57,296 nucleotides of DNA from a virus. Its lineage: Duplodnaviria; Caudoviricetes. Of the stretch, positions 7,385-16,293 are shown piece after piece. Both the position numbers and the translations under genes were made by a program. The notes under the pieces are model-generated. The model worked only from the letters and a program-made list of their open reading frames with translations. It made no database searches and was not told the origin of the DNA. Where the stretch lies: the IMG/VR virus record IMGVR_UViG_3300010052_000003, positions 1 through 57,296 of that record, one strand, 5' to 3'. Every line of letters begins with the position of its first letter. The first letter of the stretch is position 1.

Positions 7385-9246
7385 CGTCGCTCCTCACCCG
7401 CCTCTCCGAAGGCCCGCGGTCCGCCTTGGCCCGCTTTCGCCCAACCACCTATGATCCCAGCCGACACACAATCCAGGTGGTGATGGCCACCGAGACGCCG
7501 GTGCCGCGCTGGGGCGCCGTCGAGGTGGTGGCTTCCGGTAAGTCCGCCTGGGACACGTCCCGTCACGAAGGGCCGGGCATTCCCGTTCTTAACAGCCATC
7601 AAAGCGGTTCGCTCGAGGCGGTCGTCGGTCGTGTGGTCGACATCCAGTTCGAGAAGGGCCGGATGGTCGGCATTCTCGCCTTCGCCGACACCGACGCCGG
7701 TCGCCTGGCCGAGGGGATGGTTGCCCGGGGCGAGGTTGGCGGCGTCTCGATTGGGTACCGGCCGATCAAGGCCGAGCTGGCCGGCGAGGACGACGAAGGC
7801 CGCCAGATCATCCGCATCACCAAGGCCGAGCTGCTCGAGGTCTCGATCGTCTCGGTCCCAGCAGATCCCAACGCCGTAATCCGATCCCATCCAACTTCAG
7901 GAGTGTCATCTATGGAATCCGAGACCGTTACTGATCCCGATCTGCCGGAGGATATTGCGCCGACCCCGGCCGAGCAGCGTGCAGAGGAGCGTCGACGCGC
8001 GCGGATCTTCGAACTGGGCAACAAGTACAACGTTGATCACGCTGTCATTCGGGCAGCGATCGACGGTGGCAAGACCTTCAAGCAATTCCGTGAGCAGGTT
8101 CAGGATGTTTTGGCAGAACGCAGTTCTGCCATGGGGCCGCGCTCGAGCATCTCGTGGGACGAAGGTGACACCCGCGTACGCGGTATGACCGACGCGATCG
8201 CTGGCAGGCTCGGTGTGAAGCTGCCCGAGAGAGGTCCACACGAGCGCTATCGTGACCAACCGTTCTACGCCTTGGCGGCCGAATCCATCGGCTATCGCGG
8301 CGACCTTTGGGCTTTGTCCGATCGCGAGTATGCCGTTCGACAGGCGTTCCTCACCTCATCCGACTTCCTGATGATCGCGGAAGGAGGTTTTCGCGCCGCG
8401 CTCCTAGCGCGCCACGCTTTGGCCCAGGTCACGCACCGCCTGATCAGTGTCGAGAGGATCGCTCAGGACTTCCGTCAGGTTTCGGTCTATAGGCCCGGTG
8501 ACTTCGCCGCGCTGCAGCAGGTCGGGCAGGGCGGTGAGATTCGGTTCGGCACGTTTGGCGAGGCGGCCAAGGAAATCTACGCCGTCGGCAGCTACGGCGT
8601 TCAGTTCAACATTTCGCGGCAGATGTTGATCAACGACAATCTCGGTGCGATCGAGCAGGTCCTTGCGGGCTACGGTGATACGGTCGCTCTGTTCGAGGAG
8701 CGCATCTTCTACGCCGCGACACTGAATGTCGCGTCCGGCGCCGGACCCACGATGGGCGATGGGCAGACACTGTTCCACGCCAGTCACGGCAACCTCGCCG
8801 GCAGCGGCGCCGCCATCAACACGTCCAGCGTGAGTGCAGCAAGGACGGCGATGCGCCGGCAGACGGGCATTCCTTCGACGCCGACCGCGGGTGATGGGCT
8901 GCAGCTCAATATCGAGCCGAAGTACATCGTGTGTTCGCCGGAGAAGGAGACCGAGGCGGATACAATCCTCGCCGCGATCACCCCCAACCAGGTCAGCCAG
9001 GTGAACCCCTTCGCTGGCACGATGACCAAGGTCGTGGTGCCGCAGCTGACTGGCAATGCCTGGTACCTGGCCGCTGATCCGGAGCGCACGCCGACCTTGG
9101 TTCGCGTGAAACTCGCGGGCTACGAGGCCCCCAGGCTTCGACTCGATAACCTGTTCGGCGTCCAGGGCCTGGCCGTTTCGCTCGAGCATGATTTCGGAGC
9201 CGGCGCCATCGATTGGCGCGGGTTCTATCGTAACCCCGGCGCCTGA
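7381..9246 (+). CDS. prohead protease (HK97/S78-type)-major capsid protein fusion
   Basis: VLNSH, GVSIGY, LLEVSIVSVPADP protease motifs; SSDF, SRQMLIND, MGDGQTLFH, AWYLAAD capsid motifs shared with 35136-37142. Confidence 0.9.
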   Translation: MTSLLTRLSEGPRSALARFRPTTYDPSRHTIQVVMATETPVPRWGAVEVVASGKSAWDTSRHEGPGIPVLNSHQSGSLEAVVGRVVDIQFEKGRMVGILAFADTDAGRLAEGMVARGEVGGVSIGYRPIKAELAGEDDEGRQIIRITKAELLEVSIVSVPADPNAVIRSHPTSGVSSMESETVTDPDLPEDIAPTPAEQRAEERRRARIFELGNKYNVDHAVIRAAIDGGKTFKQFREQVQDVLAERSSAMGPRSSISWDEGDTRVRGMTDAIAGRLGVKLPERGPHERYRDQPFYALAAESIGYRGDLWALSDREYAVRQAFLTSSDFLMIAEGGFRAALLARHALAQVTHRLISVERIAQDFRQVSVYRPGDFAALQQVGQGGEIRFGTFGEAAKEIYAVGSYGVQFNISRQMLINDNLGAIEQVLAGYGDTVALFEERIFYAATLNVASGAGPTMGDGQTLFHASHGNLAGSGAAINTSSVSAARTAMRRQTGIPSTPTAGDGLQLNIEPKYIVCSPEKETEADTILAAITPNQVSQVNPFAGTMTKVVVPQLTGNAWYLAADPERTPTLVRVKLAGYEAPRLRLDNLFGVQGLAVSLEHDFGAGAIDWRGFYRNPGA

Positions 9247-9561
9247 TCGGCGCCGGCGGGCGGGGCGGAAGCAAGGGCGAAATAGAGGCCGTCCGACCAC
9301 CAAAAGAGCGATCCGCGCCCCGCACAGACCGGCAGCGGTGAATCGCTCATGGATCCTCGCGCGCAGCCGCAAGGCGCATCCAGCGTGCGCGCAGCCCCTC
9401 TTTTATCCTTTTGGGGGGGGCGACAAGGCGCTGGATGAACTTTCAGTCAGGTGCCTCGGCTTCGCCGATCGGCGCCACGACCAGGCGGAGAAAGAGCGCG
9501 GCCGGGGCCGCCGCCGGGGAAACCCGGTCCCCCGCGACCGCAGGTTTCAGATGAGGACGTC

Positions 9562-9825
9562 ATGAGCGACCGGGCCGAACCTTCGACTCGCCACGTGCTC
9601 CCGCCAGGAGTGCTCCCGCGCGGTTTGAGCCGCGAGCAGGCGGCGCGGTTCATTGGCATCAGTCCAGGCAAGTTCGACGAGCTGGTGCGCACCGGCGCGA
9701 TGCCCCAGCCCAAGACGATCGGCACCCGCCGCGTGTGGTGCAGTCGCGCTGTTGACCTGGCGTTCGATGCACTCCCGGAGCTGGAAGACGCCGGCGCCAA
9801 TGCGTTCGACGGGGATCCGCTGTGA
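9562..9825 (+). CDS. excisionase/AlpA-like HTH protein
   Basis: PRGLSREQAARFIGISPGKFDELV..RRVW; homolog of 55819-56076. Confidence 0.85.
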   Translation: MSDRAEPSTRHVLPPGVLPRGLSREQAARFIGISPGKFDELVRTGAMPQPKTIGTRRVWCSRAVDLAFDALPELEDAGANAFDGDPL

Positions 9826-10883
9826 CGCGACCTCGCCTGCCGAAGCACGTCCACGCCTTCACCGACCGGCACGGCCACGCACGGCACTACCTTCGCATCC
9901 CCGGCCGCCCTTCCGCGGCACTGCCCAACCCTATCGAGGGCTGGGATGCCTTCATGCGAGCGGTTGAGGCCGCCCGCCTCGAGGCGGAGGCGGCGCCACG
10001 CAAGCTCGTTCGTGTCGCGGCACCCGGCTCCGTCGATGACCTGGTGACCCGCTACTATCGATCGGCCGAGTTCCTGGCGACATCGAAGGAAACCCAGCGC
10101 ACGCGGCGCGGCATCATCGAGCGGATGCGCCGGCAGCATGGCGCGAAGCCGGTGAGCCACATCACGGAGAAGGTGATGCGCGATGCCATGGCGCGCCGCG
10201 TCACGACGCCGGCGGCCGCCAACAACTTCCTCAAGGTGATGCGGCTGCTGATGACCTTCGCGGTGTCGCAGCGGATGCTCAGAGACAACCCCACCCGCGA
10301 CGTCCCGCGTCTCAAGGTTCGGACTGCGGGCTTTGCGACCTGGACCGAGGAGGACATCGCCCAGTACGAGGCAACGCATCCGCCCGGCTCCCGGGCGCGC
10401 CTCGCGATGGCATTGGGCCTCTACCTCGGCCAGCGCCGGGGCGACGTCGTGCGCCTCGGCCGGCAGCACGTGCGCGGGCGCGTGATCACCGTCCTGCAGG
10501 CCAAGACCGGTTCAACTGCCACAATCCGGATCCATCCCGAGCTGCACGCCGAGCTCGCGCGGCTTAAGCCTGGACAGCTGACTTTTCTGCAGACTGCCTA
10601 TGGCAAGCCCTACACCCCGGCCGGCTTCGGCAACGCTTTCCGGGAATGGCTCACGGAAGCCGGGCTGCCGCCTCACCTGTCTTTCCACGGGCTCCGCAAG
10701 GCCGCCGCACGCCGCCTCGCTGAGGCCGGGGCCAGCGCTCGCGAGATCATGTCCGTGACCGGTCATACGTCGCTCGCGGAGGCCGAGCGATACACGCGCG
10801 CCGTCGACCAGGCGCGCCTCTCCGACCAGGCGGCCGACAAGGTGGAAGCCGCCTTCCCACCCAAGGCCGAGGGCGAAGGATGA
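9822..10883 (+). CDS. tyrosine integrase (satellite)
   Basis: GQRRGD, HGLRK, TGH..ERY catalytic motifs; adjacent to att. Confidence 0.95.
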   Translation: MTRPRLPKHVHAFTDRHGHARHYLRIPGRPSAALPNPIEGWDAFMRAVEAARLEAEAAPRKLVRVAAPGSVDDLVTRYYRSAEFLATSKETQRTRRGIIERMRRQHGAKPVSHITEKVMRDAMARRVTTPAAANNFLKVMRLLMTFAVSQRMLRDNPTRDVPRLKVRTAGFATWTEEDIAQYEATHPPGSRARLAMALGLYLGQRRGDVVRLGRQHVRGRVITVLQAKTGSTATIRIHPELHAELARLKPGQLTFLQTAYGKPYTPAGFGNAFREWLTEAGLPPHLSFHGLRKAAARRLAEAGASAREIMSVTGHTSLAEAERYTRAVDQARLSDQAADKVEAAFPPKAEGEG

Positions 10884-10982
10884 ACGCATTTCTTGCAACC
10901 CGGGAGCCAAAGGTTGCAGATTCGGGCGAAAAAGCGCGCGAAATCAAAGGAGCTGACCGGGGGGCTGGCGGTCCCGGGAGGA
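10880..10982 (+). CDS. 5' half of att-spanning ORF
   Basis: ATG overlaps the int stop (ATGA); reads MNAFLATRE...GAGGPGR through the core in the same frame as 393-638. Confidence 0.55.
10961..10982. repeat. shared att core: satellite right end and prophage left end
   Basis: 22 bp identical to 372-393; the inner 17 bp identical to 57198-57214. Confidence 0.9.
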
Positions 10983-11064
10983 CTGCCGTTCAGCCGAAAA
11001 ACGCAGGAAAATCAGCGGGTGTGTGGCGAACCGGTTTTGCTGGGTTTTCCGTCTGTTCCCGTGG
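10966..11064. repeat. 99-bp exact repeat of the window end
   Basis: Identical to 57198-57296. Confidence 0.95.
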
Positions 11065-11156
11065 TTAGCCGCTTCGCCCGCACCCTTCGCGATCTCGTCA
11101 ACCCTTCGGCAATCGCTCGGCCGTACGATGTCCGCATTCTTTGATGAGGTTCATCC

Positions 11157-11354
11157 ATGGGTTTGATCATGCGCTTCCGGCGCTTTGACCGTCGTCCACG
11201 TCTCCGGCAGCACCTGTCCCGCCAGCAAGAGATCGCATTCATCCTGTCGCGGTACGATCACGGCGCGATCCCGCCCGCGGTGTTCGCCGTTGTCGAAGCG
11301 CTTCGGGCGGAGGCGGCGCAGGCCGATCCCGGCGCGGCATCACCCCTCGCCTGA
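11157..11354 (+). CDS. hypothetical protein
   Basis: 65 aa with GAGG RBS. Confidence 0.45.
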   Translation: MGLIMRFRRFDRRPRLRQHLSRQQEIAFILSRYDHGAIPPAVFAVVEALRAEAAQADPGAASPLA

Positions 11355-11573
11355 CTTCGAGGTTCCCTTCCCCATCAGTTCGGTTAGGCGCGCGATCCCA
11401 GCCGCGATCCGGCGCGCCTCGTCACGCGACAGGTGGCCCTGCAGCGTCCCGCGGGAGGCGTCGTCGGCGAAATAGGTGTAGGCGAGCCGCTGGCCATGGG
11501 CATCGACGACGGCGAAGGCCTCGGCGAGCTCGACGATGGTCCAGGGTGGCGGGAATCGACGTTGGGGGGACAT
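11340..11573 (-). CDS. hypothetical protein, conserved alphaproteobacterial type
   Basis: RRFPPPWT..FAVVDAHGQRLAYTYF..LSRDEARRIA. Confidence 0.7.
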   Translation of the reverse strand: MSPQRRFPPPWTIVELAEAFAVVDAHGQRLAYTYFADDASRGTLQGHLSRDEARRIAAGIARLTELMGKGTSKSGEG

Positions 11574-11611
11574 GCGGGGGAGGGTCGTCCTCCCCCGCAT
11601 GTTGTCAAGGC

Positions 11612-11845
11612 TCAGCGGCGGCCGAAGCCAGCCTGGAAGAGCGTGTGCTGCGCCTTCACGTGCCGCTCGGCGACGACCGCCTTCCTCGACGCGTAGCCCG
11701 GGAACACAGGGTACTCGTTCACGGTCAGGATCTCGTCGATCTTCCGGTTCAACCGCGCCATGGTCATCGGGCGATTTCGATGCTGCATCGCCTCGACGTA
11801 GAGCGCGAACTGATCGCACAGGGCGCACTGCAGGTGCTGCTGGGG
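11612..11845 (-). pseudogene. RhuM-like C-terminal fragment
   Basis: DQFALYVEAMQHRNRPMTMARLNRKIDEILTVNEY resembles the RhuM C-terminus; in-frame TAG upstream. Confidence 0.4.
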
Positions 11846-11945
11846 CTACATTGAGACCTGCAGATTTTCAATTGACCTGCATCACCTGCAGGTTTACATG
11901 GTGCCAGCATCACCTGCGCATTCTCCTGCGCCAGCCTGGGGCCTG

Positions 11946-12986
11946 ATGATGAACTCACTCGAAAAAGTGCTCGCGAACCACCAACGGGTTGTGGAGGAAG
12001 GCTATGTGCGGTCAGGCGATCTAAAATATCGCTCCTACGCCGTCTCGACGCTGCGCGGCGGTGTCGGGAAATCGACGATCACGTTCAATCTTGCCTATGA
12101 GCTGTCGCAGCAGCGGTCCCTGCTGCTCGCTGACATGTGCGCTCAGTGCAATCTGACAGAGAACCTGATGCGAGATCAGGAGCCGGAAGTCACCGTGATG
12201 GATACGCTGCAGCCGATCTTGCTCGGCCCGGCGTTTGGCACCGCGCCCGGCGATGCGTCGTATCGCGTTTCGACTTACTGTGACTCGTTCAAGACATCGA
12301 AGCCCAGCTTTCTCATGCCGGGCAACGCAGAGCTTTTTGCCTTCCCCTCGATGCTCTACCAGCAACTGCAAACTGCCCATGCCCAAAAGAATACTGGAGC
12401 AGTCAAATCGCTCCTTGAGAGCCTTAAGACTGCGATGAACAAGGAGGCAGTCGAGAAAAAGGCCGAAGGTATCCTGATCGATACGAGCCCGTTCTACGCG
12501 GGTGGCACGCACTTGGCGTGGTGTGCCGCCGACGCAGTGATCATCCCGGTTCGAGTGGATGAGCACTCGCTCGATTCTTTGGAACTGACGCTGGACCTCT
12601 TGGACAATCCGACAAGGGACTTTGGGGTCTGGAACGACCGGGCGGGTGGGCGCACAGCGCCTCGCGTCGCCGCCATCGTCATGACGATGGTTGGCTCCAA
12701 GAGCCAACTCAGGGCCACGCCCGACAGGGCGTCCCGAATGTATATTGAACGAGCCATCGATATCGCTGAAAAGCACTCTTCGCTTTTCGACTACGCCGAC
12801 CCTGCCGACGCTTTTGTAGTAACCGATGACTTCGTTTCGGCGGGGCGTATCAGCGGTGCGAAAAGCATCCCGATCTCCAAACTCAAGATCGGCAGCTTCC
12901 ATAGCGTTGAAGGTAAACGGCTGCAGGTCAATTCGTCCGCACAGCGCTATCAACGGGAGATCGCTTACCTCGTCAGCATCCTCTAA
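11946..12986 (+). CDS. orphan ParA-family ATPase
   Basis: RGGVGKST, ADMCAQCNLT, ILIDTSP motifs. Confidence 0.88.
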   Translation: MMNSLEKVLANHQRVVEEGYVRSGDLKYRSYAVSTLRGGVGKSTITFNLAYELSQQRSLLLADMCAQCNLTENLMRDQEPEVTVMDTLQPILLGPAFGTAPGDASYRVSTYCDSFKTSKPSFLMPGNAELFAFPSMLYQQLQTAHAQKNTGAVKSLLESLKTAMNKEAVEKKAEGILIDTSPFYAGGTHLAWCAADAVIIPVRVDEHSLDSLELTLDLLDNPTRDFGVWNDRAGGRTAPRVAAIVMTMVGSKSQLRATPDRASRMYIERAIDIAEKHSSLFDYADPADAFVVTDDFVSAGRISGAKSIPISKLKIGSFHSVEGKRLQVNSSAQRYQREIAYLVSIL

Positions 12987-13216
12987 TCAGCCTTCCACCG
13001 CTTCAAAGCCGCGCCGCGCGCGATCTCGGCGCGGCGTTCGGGGCTCATGCTCTCGGCGCGCTTGCGGCCGCCCTTCGCGCCGATCGCCTGAGCAGCCTTA
13101 TCCTTGCCATCTTCGGGCGCGGCGTCCGCGACCTCGCCCGTGGCAATCCTCATGACGTGGACGGCATTGCCGATCACATTAGCACCGCGCTTCTAGTCCT
13201 TGGGGCCTCTAAGCAT
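12983..13216 (-). pseudogene. small basic IS-associated protein with premature stop
   Basis: MLRGPKD*KRGANVIGNAVHVMRIATGE..GAKGGRKRAESMSPERRAEIAR; in-frame TAG at codon 8. Confidence 0.6.
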
Positions 13217-13294
13217 GTTCGATCCTCATATGCTTGCCGGTTAGCATAGCACTGGATTCCACCATACGATGGCGGCGGTTAAGGGCGTCGGATC

Positions 13295-13312
13295 TTGAAC
13301 CGAGACACTACC
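13295..13312 (-). mobile_element. isolated IS terminal-repeat-like end
   Basis: GGTAGTGTCTCGGTTCAA resembles ends of IS1-like elements that carry the adjacent small gene; no partner end or transposase found. Confidence 0.4.
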
Positions 13313-13536
13313 AGGCTGTGGCTATCCGAACGGCATCCAAAGATCATGTGGCTATCCGCCTTGACGGAAACCCTAGCGCCATTCACCGTTGAATGCCGAT
13401 AGGCGGTTTAGAGCGATCGGATAGACCTTGTCTCGCAAGCCTAGTTATGAACGTTCGGCGAGCGATATCAGACGACTTTACTGTGTCTGATTGCACTCAA
13501 AGCTGTATCCTGATGACAACAGAGATGGAGCCGCAA

Positions 13537-13680
13537 ATGACTAAGAAGAAGCCACCTGAGCCGAGAAGAACGGTGCATCGAAACTCTGAAGACGGCAAAT
13601 TTGTAACTGAAGAGTATGCTGATAAGCACCCAAAAACAACGGAAAAAGAGCGAGTAAGAACCTCGCCACAAAAGAAGTGA
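13537..13680 (+). CDS. 47-aa basic peptide (RxxxxGxFVTxxYAxxHPxTTxxE type)
   Basis: GGAG RBS; recognisable small-protein motif. Confidence 0.7.
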   Translation: MTKKKPPEPRRTVHRNSEDGKFVTEEYADKHPKTTEKERVRTSPQKK

Positions 13681-13685
13681 AGCTT

Positions 13686-13715
13686 ATCGGCCCCGCGTAG
13701 GGCCGATCTTTTTTT
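13686..13715 (+). terminator. intrinsic terminator
   Basis: ATCGGCCC/GGGCCGAT stem followed by T7. Confidence 0.85.
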
Positions 13716-13729
13716 GCCGTGTTGGAATA

Positions 13730-14410
13730 ATGATGATGATCCAGAACTCATCTGACCGCGATCTGATTCAAGCGTTTCGCGAGCAGTTTGCAGCATTAGT
13801 TGCGTCTGGAAAATCATTCGATGATGGAAATCATTGGGAGGCGTTTCGGATTGCTACTGCCATATCCAATTTGATTGACGACAGGGGGAAAAACTTTGTC
13901 TCGTTACTATCTCATATAAGCCAGAAGGACAAAGTGAGATACCTTACGTCAGTCGTTCGAAGCGATGACGAAGAGCGTACAATATGGGCGTCAGCGCCGC
14001 TGATTTTGCTGATGCACATGACACCAAACGACGTATGTTATGTTCCCATATTTGATAATCATCCCTTAGCAGACATGTATAGACACATTGATTTCAATGA
14101 GTGGTGGAACGAAAATTTACTTCATGATTTTTATCCGCTCAAGATTACACGTAAGTCGCTGATCTCCACTGCGCGCGACCAAGACGGCGGCGCCCATATC
14201 GATGCAACAATCTCAGACGAATCATACTTAAGTTTTCTGAAGAATGGAGACGTCAATCTACGGTATATTCAGAATGGTAACGTTGTACTTGGAAACACAA
14301 ACGGCGGCGCGCCGATAAGAAACGGCATAAGGTCTATGGTCAGACAAGTTGGTTGGGAGCTTGAGAAATCTATAGTTCATTCCTTGCCGTCGGATGTTAT
14401 TTATTCATAG
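13730..14410 (+). CDS. low-GC moron, possible HEPN-like protein
   Basis: EAFRIATAI..; RDQDGGAHID (Rx6H) motif. Confidence 0.6.
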   Translation: MMMIQNSSDRDLIQAFREQFAALVASGKSFDDGNHWEAFRIATAISNLIDDRGKNFVSLLSHISQKDKVRYLTSVVRSDDEERTIWASAPLILLMHMTPNDVCYVPIFDNHPLADMYRHIDFNEWWNENLLHDFYPLKITRKSLISTARDQDGGAHIDATISDESYLSFLKNGDVNLRYIQNGNVVLGNTNGGAPIRNGIRSMVRQVGWELEKSIVHSLPSDVIYS

Positions 14411-14447
14411 TGTTGAACGAAGCTATCGAACTGCCTGAAACCGAGCA

Positions 14448-16286
14448 TCAGCTCCACACCGTTCCGCTCCACCGCTTCGCCTGACGCGCCATCCACGCGG
14501 TGCCCGTCCACACCTTCATCGTCCCCGGGACCCACGCGCTGCCGGTCCAGACGAACGTCCTGCCGCTGGCGAAGATGACCGTGTCGACCGCCGCGACCGC
14601 CTCAATCAGCGCGGCGCTGGCGACTAGGGATCCTAACACCAGGTCCGAGATCCCGATGGCCTCGGCCGACGCGGCAGCAGCTCCCGCAGTTGCCGTCGAC
14701 GAGTCGGCCGGCACCAGGTTCTCATCCCGGACGGCCTGCCGCGACATGATCGCGAGGATCGCGTCGCCCGCAGAGATCAACTCGGACAGGGCCGCGACGC
14801 GCACCATGGCCGCGCTCGCGACGTCGGCGAGGCTCACCGTTTCGACGACCCCGACGACACCAGCTGCATCGCTCGAGACGTCATCTGCTGCAGCGATGGC
14901 TTCGGACAGTGCCGCCGTGATCGCACCGATGGCCGTCGCCGCGTCGATAACCGAGACCGCCTCCGTGCTCGATGCCGACCGCGAGGCGACGCCCGTCGCG
15001 ACATCGCCGGCGATCGCGCCCTCGACCCGCGCCGCCAGGGCGACGAGCCTGGCGGTGCTGGCGTCGGTCGCCGTGACGGTCTCGACGGCTTCCGGCGTGT
15101 TGCCGGTAGACGCGATCGAGGTGTCGGCCGTGCCCGCGGCCTCAGTCGCGTCCCCCGCCCGTGCGAGGGTCGCAGAGGCCGCATCCGTCGCGGCAGCGGT
15201 TTCCGTAGCACCCGCCGTCGCGACGCCGCCAGCGATCGCCGCGTCGGCCGGGGAGGCCGTTTCGGAGATCGCCGTCGACATGACGAGCGCGCCGACGGCT
15301 GCGTCGGCCACCGTCGCCAGCTCCGTCGCAGCCGCGCCGAGGACGGCGGTCAAGGTCGAAGCATCTGTCGCCGTCGCCGGCTCGGTGATCGTCCCCGCGC
15401 GGATGATGCTCGCGTCCGAAGCGTCGGCGGCGCTGGCCGCTTCCGTCAGTTCGCCCGAGAGCGCGAGGCCAGAGGTCGCAGCGTCGTTCGCCGTCGCGGC
15501 TTCGCTCGCCGCCTCGTTGTAGGTCGAGCCTCCGCCGCCGACCGGTTCGATCTCGTCGAAGCCAGAAGGCGCGGTGTAGCCCCAATCGACCGGCGAGAAC
15601 GCGAAGCCGAGAACCTTGCTCGACTGGACGGAGACGCCGACGCGCAGGAACTGGCTCGCGGTGCCGAAGCCGGCGAAGCCCGAGAAGGAGATGCCGCCGG
15701 TTCCCGCCGCCGGGTCCTGCGCGCCTCCAACTCCGGGGTTCCATGCCCCGCCGTTCTCCCGGACCCAGAACTTGCGCGTGACCGGGTTGACCGCGAAGCA
15801 GAGGCGGACGCCCGCGCCGGGACCGCCGCCGGGATAGTTGCCCCACTGCCCCGAGTAGCCGCCCGACCCTGTGCCGACCTCACCCGGGAAGTAGCATCCA
15901 AAGGCGTTGTTGGGCACGCCCGCGTCGCTCGACCCGTCCGACAGCGTTGCAGTCGGCGACAGGATCAGGACGTTGTAGTGGTAGAGCCCGAAGCCGTCCG
16001 TGTTGGTGGTCCAAGCCTCGAAATAGAACGGCTGGTCGGACCCGTAGTCGGTGTTCGCCCGCTGCCACGTCGCGGATGCCGCAGCCGCGATTGTGCGGTC
16101 GTCGTTCGAGAGGGTCGCGCCGTTCGTCGGCGTCGTCGGGTCGAAGCCGATGACCGCCGGCGGCGGAGATCCCGGATCGTCGAAGAACTCGGCGACAGCG
16201 AGGACGCCGCCGGGGCCGGGGTCCGACCAGATGGCCGCGCCGCCCCGGAGCCTTCCGGCGAAGTCGCGGAGCGGCTTGATCGCCAT
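14448..16286 (-). CDS. virion fibre protein: SPRY/lectin-like N-domain plus about 16 20-aa repeats
   Basis: LSNDDRT, FYFE, KFWVRENG beta-sandwich motifs; E-x5-D periodicity; Trp-rich C-terminus. Confidence 0.7.
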   Translation of the reverse strand: MAIKPLRDFAGRLRGGAAIWSDPGPGGVLAVAEFFDDPGSPPPAVIGFDPTTPTNGATLSNDDRTIAAAASATWQRANTDYGSDQPFYFEAWTTNTDGFGLYHYNVLILSPTATLSDGSSDAGVPNNAFGCYFPGEVGTGSGGYSGQWGNYPGGGPGAGVRLCFAVNPVTRKFWVRENGGAWNPGVGGAQDPAAGTGGISFSGFAGFGTASQFLRVGVSVQSSKVLGFAFSPVDWGYTAPSGFDEIEPVGGGGSTYNEAASEAATANDAATSGLALSGELTEAASAADASDASIIRAGTITEPATATDASTLTAVLGAAATELATVADAAVGALVMSTAISETASPADAAIAGGVATAGATETAAATDAASATLARAGDATEAAGTADTSIASTGNTPEAVETVTATDASTARLVALAARVEGAIAGDVATGVASRSASSTEAVSVIDAATAIGAITAALSEAIAAADDVSSDAAGVVGVVETVSLADVASAAMVRVAALSELISAGDAILAIMSRQAVRDENLVPADSSTATAGAAAASAEAIGISDLVLGSLVASAALIEAVAAVDTVIFASGRTFVWTGSAWVPGTMKVWTGTAWMARQAKRWSGTVWS

Positions 16287-16293
16287 GGCCGGA

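Larger units (their letters stand above)
372..10982. mobile_element. capsid-encoding cos-type phage satellite (PICI-like), 10.6 kb
   Basis: 22-bp direct repeats at both ends, xis-int, helicase, cos, two TerS-like genes, protease-capsid; no portal, TerL or tail genes. Confidence 0.88.

Noticed and set aside
9413..9420. G8 tract as a phase-variation switch upstream of satellite xis
   Set aside because: Short, intergenic and not clearly within a promoter spacer
372..10982. Calling the element a cf-PICI, a gene transfer agent or a decayed copy of the neighbouring prophage
   Set aside because: No portal, TerL, connector or tail genes; ORFs look intact and compactly coupled; homologs are diverged and the protease class differs
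13193..13195. Stop-codon read-through or recoding of the TAG in the small basic gene
   Set aside because: Single event in an IS-remnant context; other genes use TAG as a normal stop
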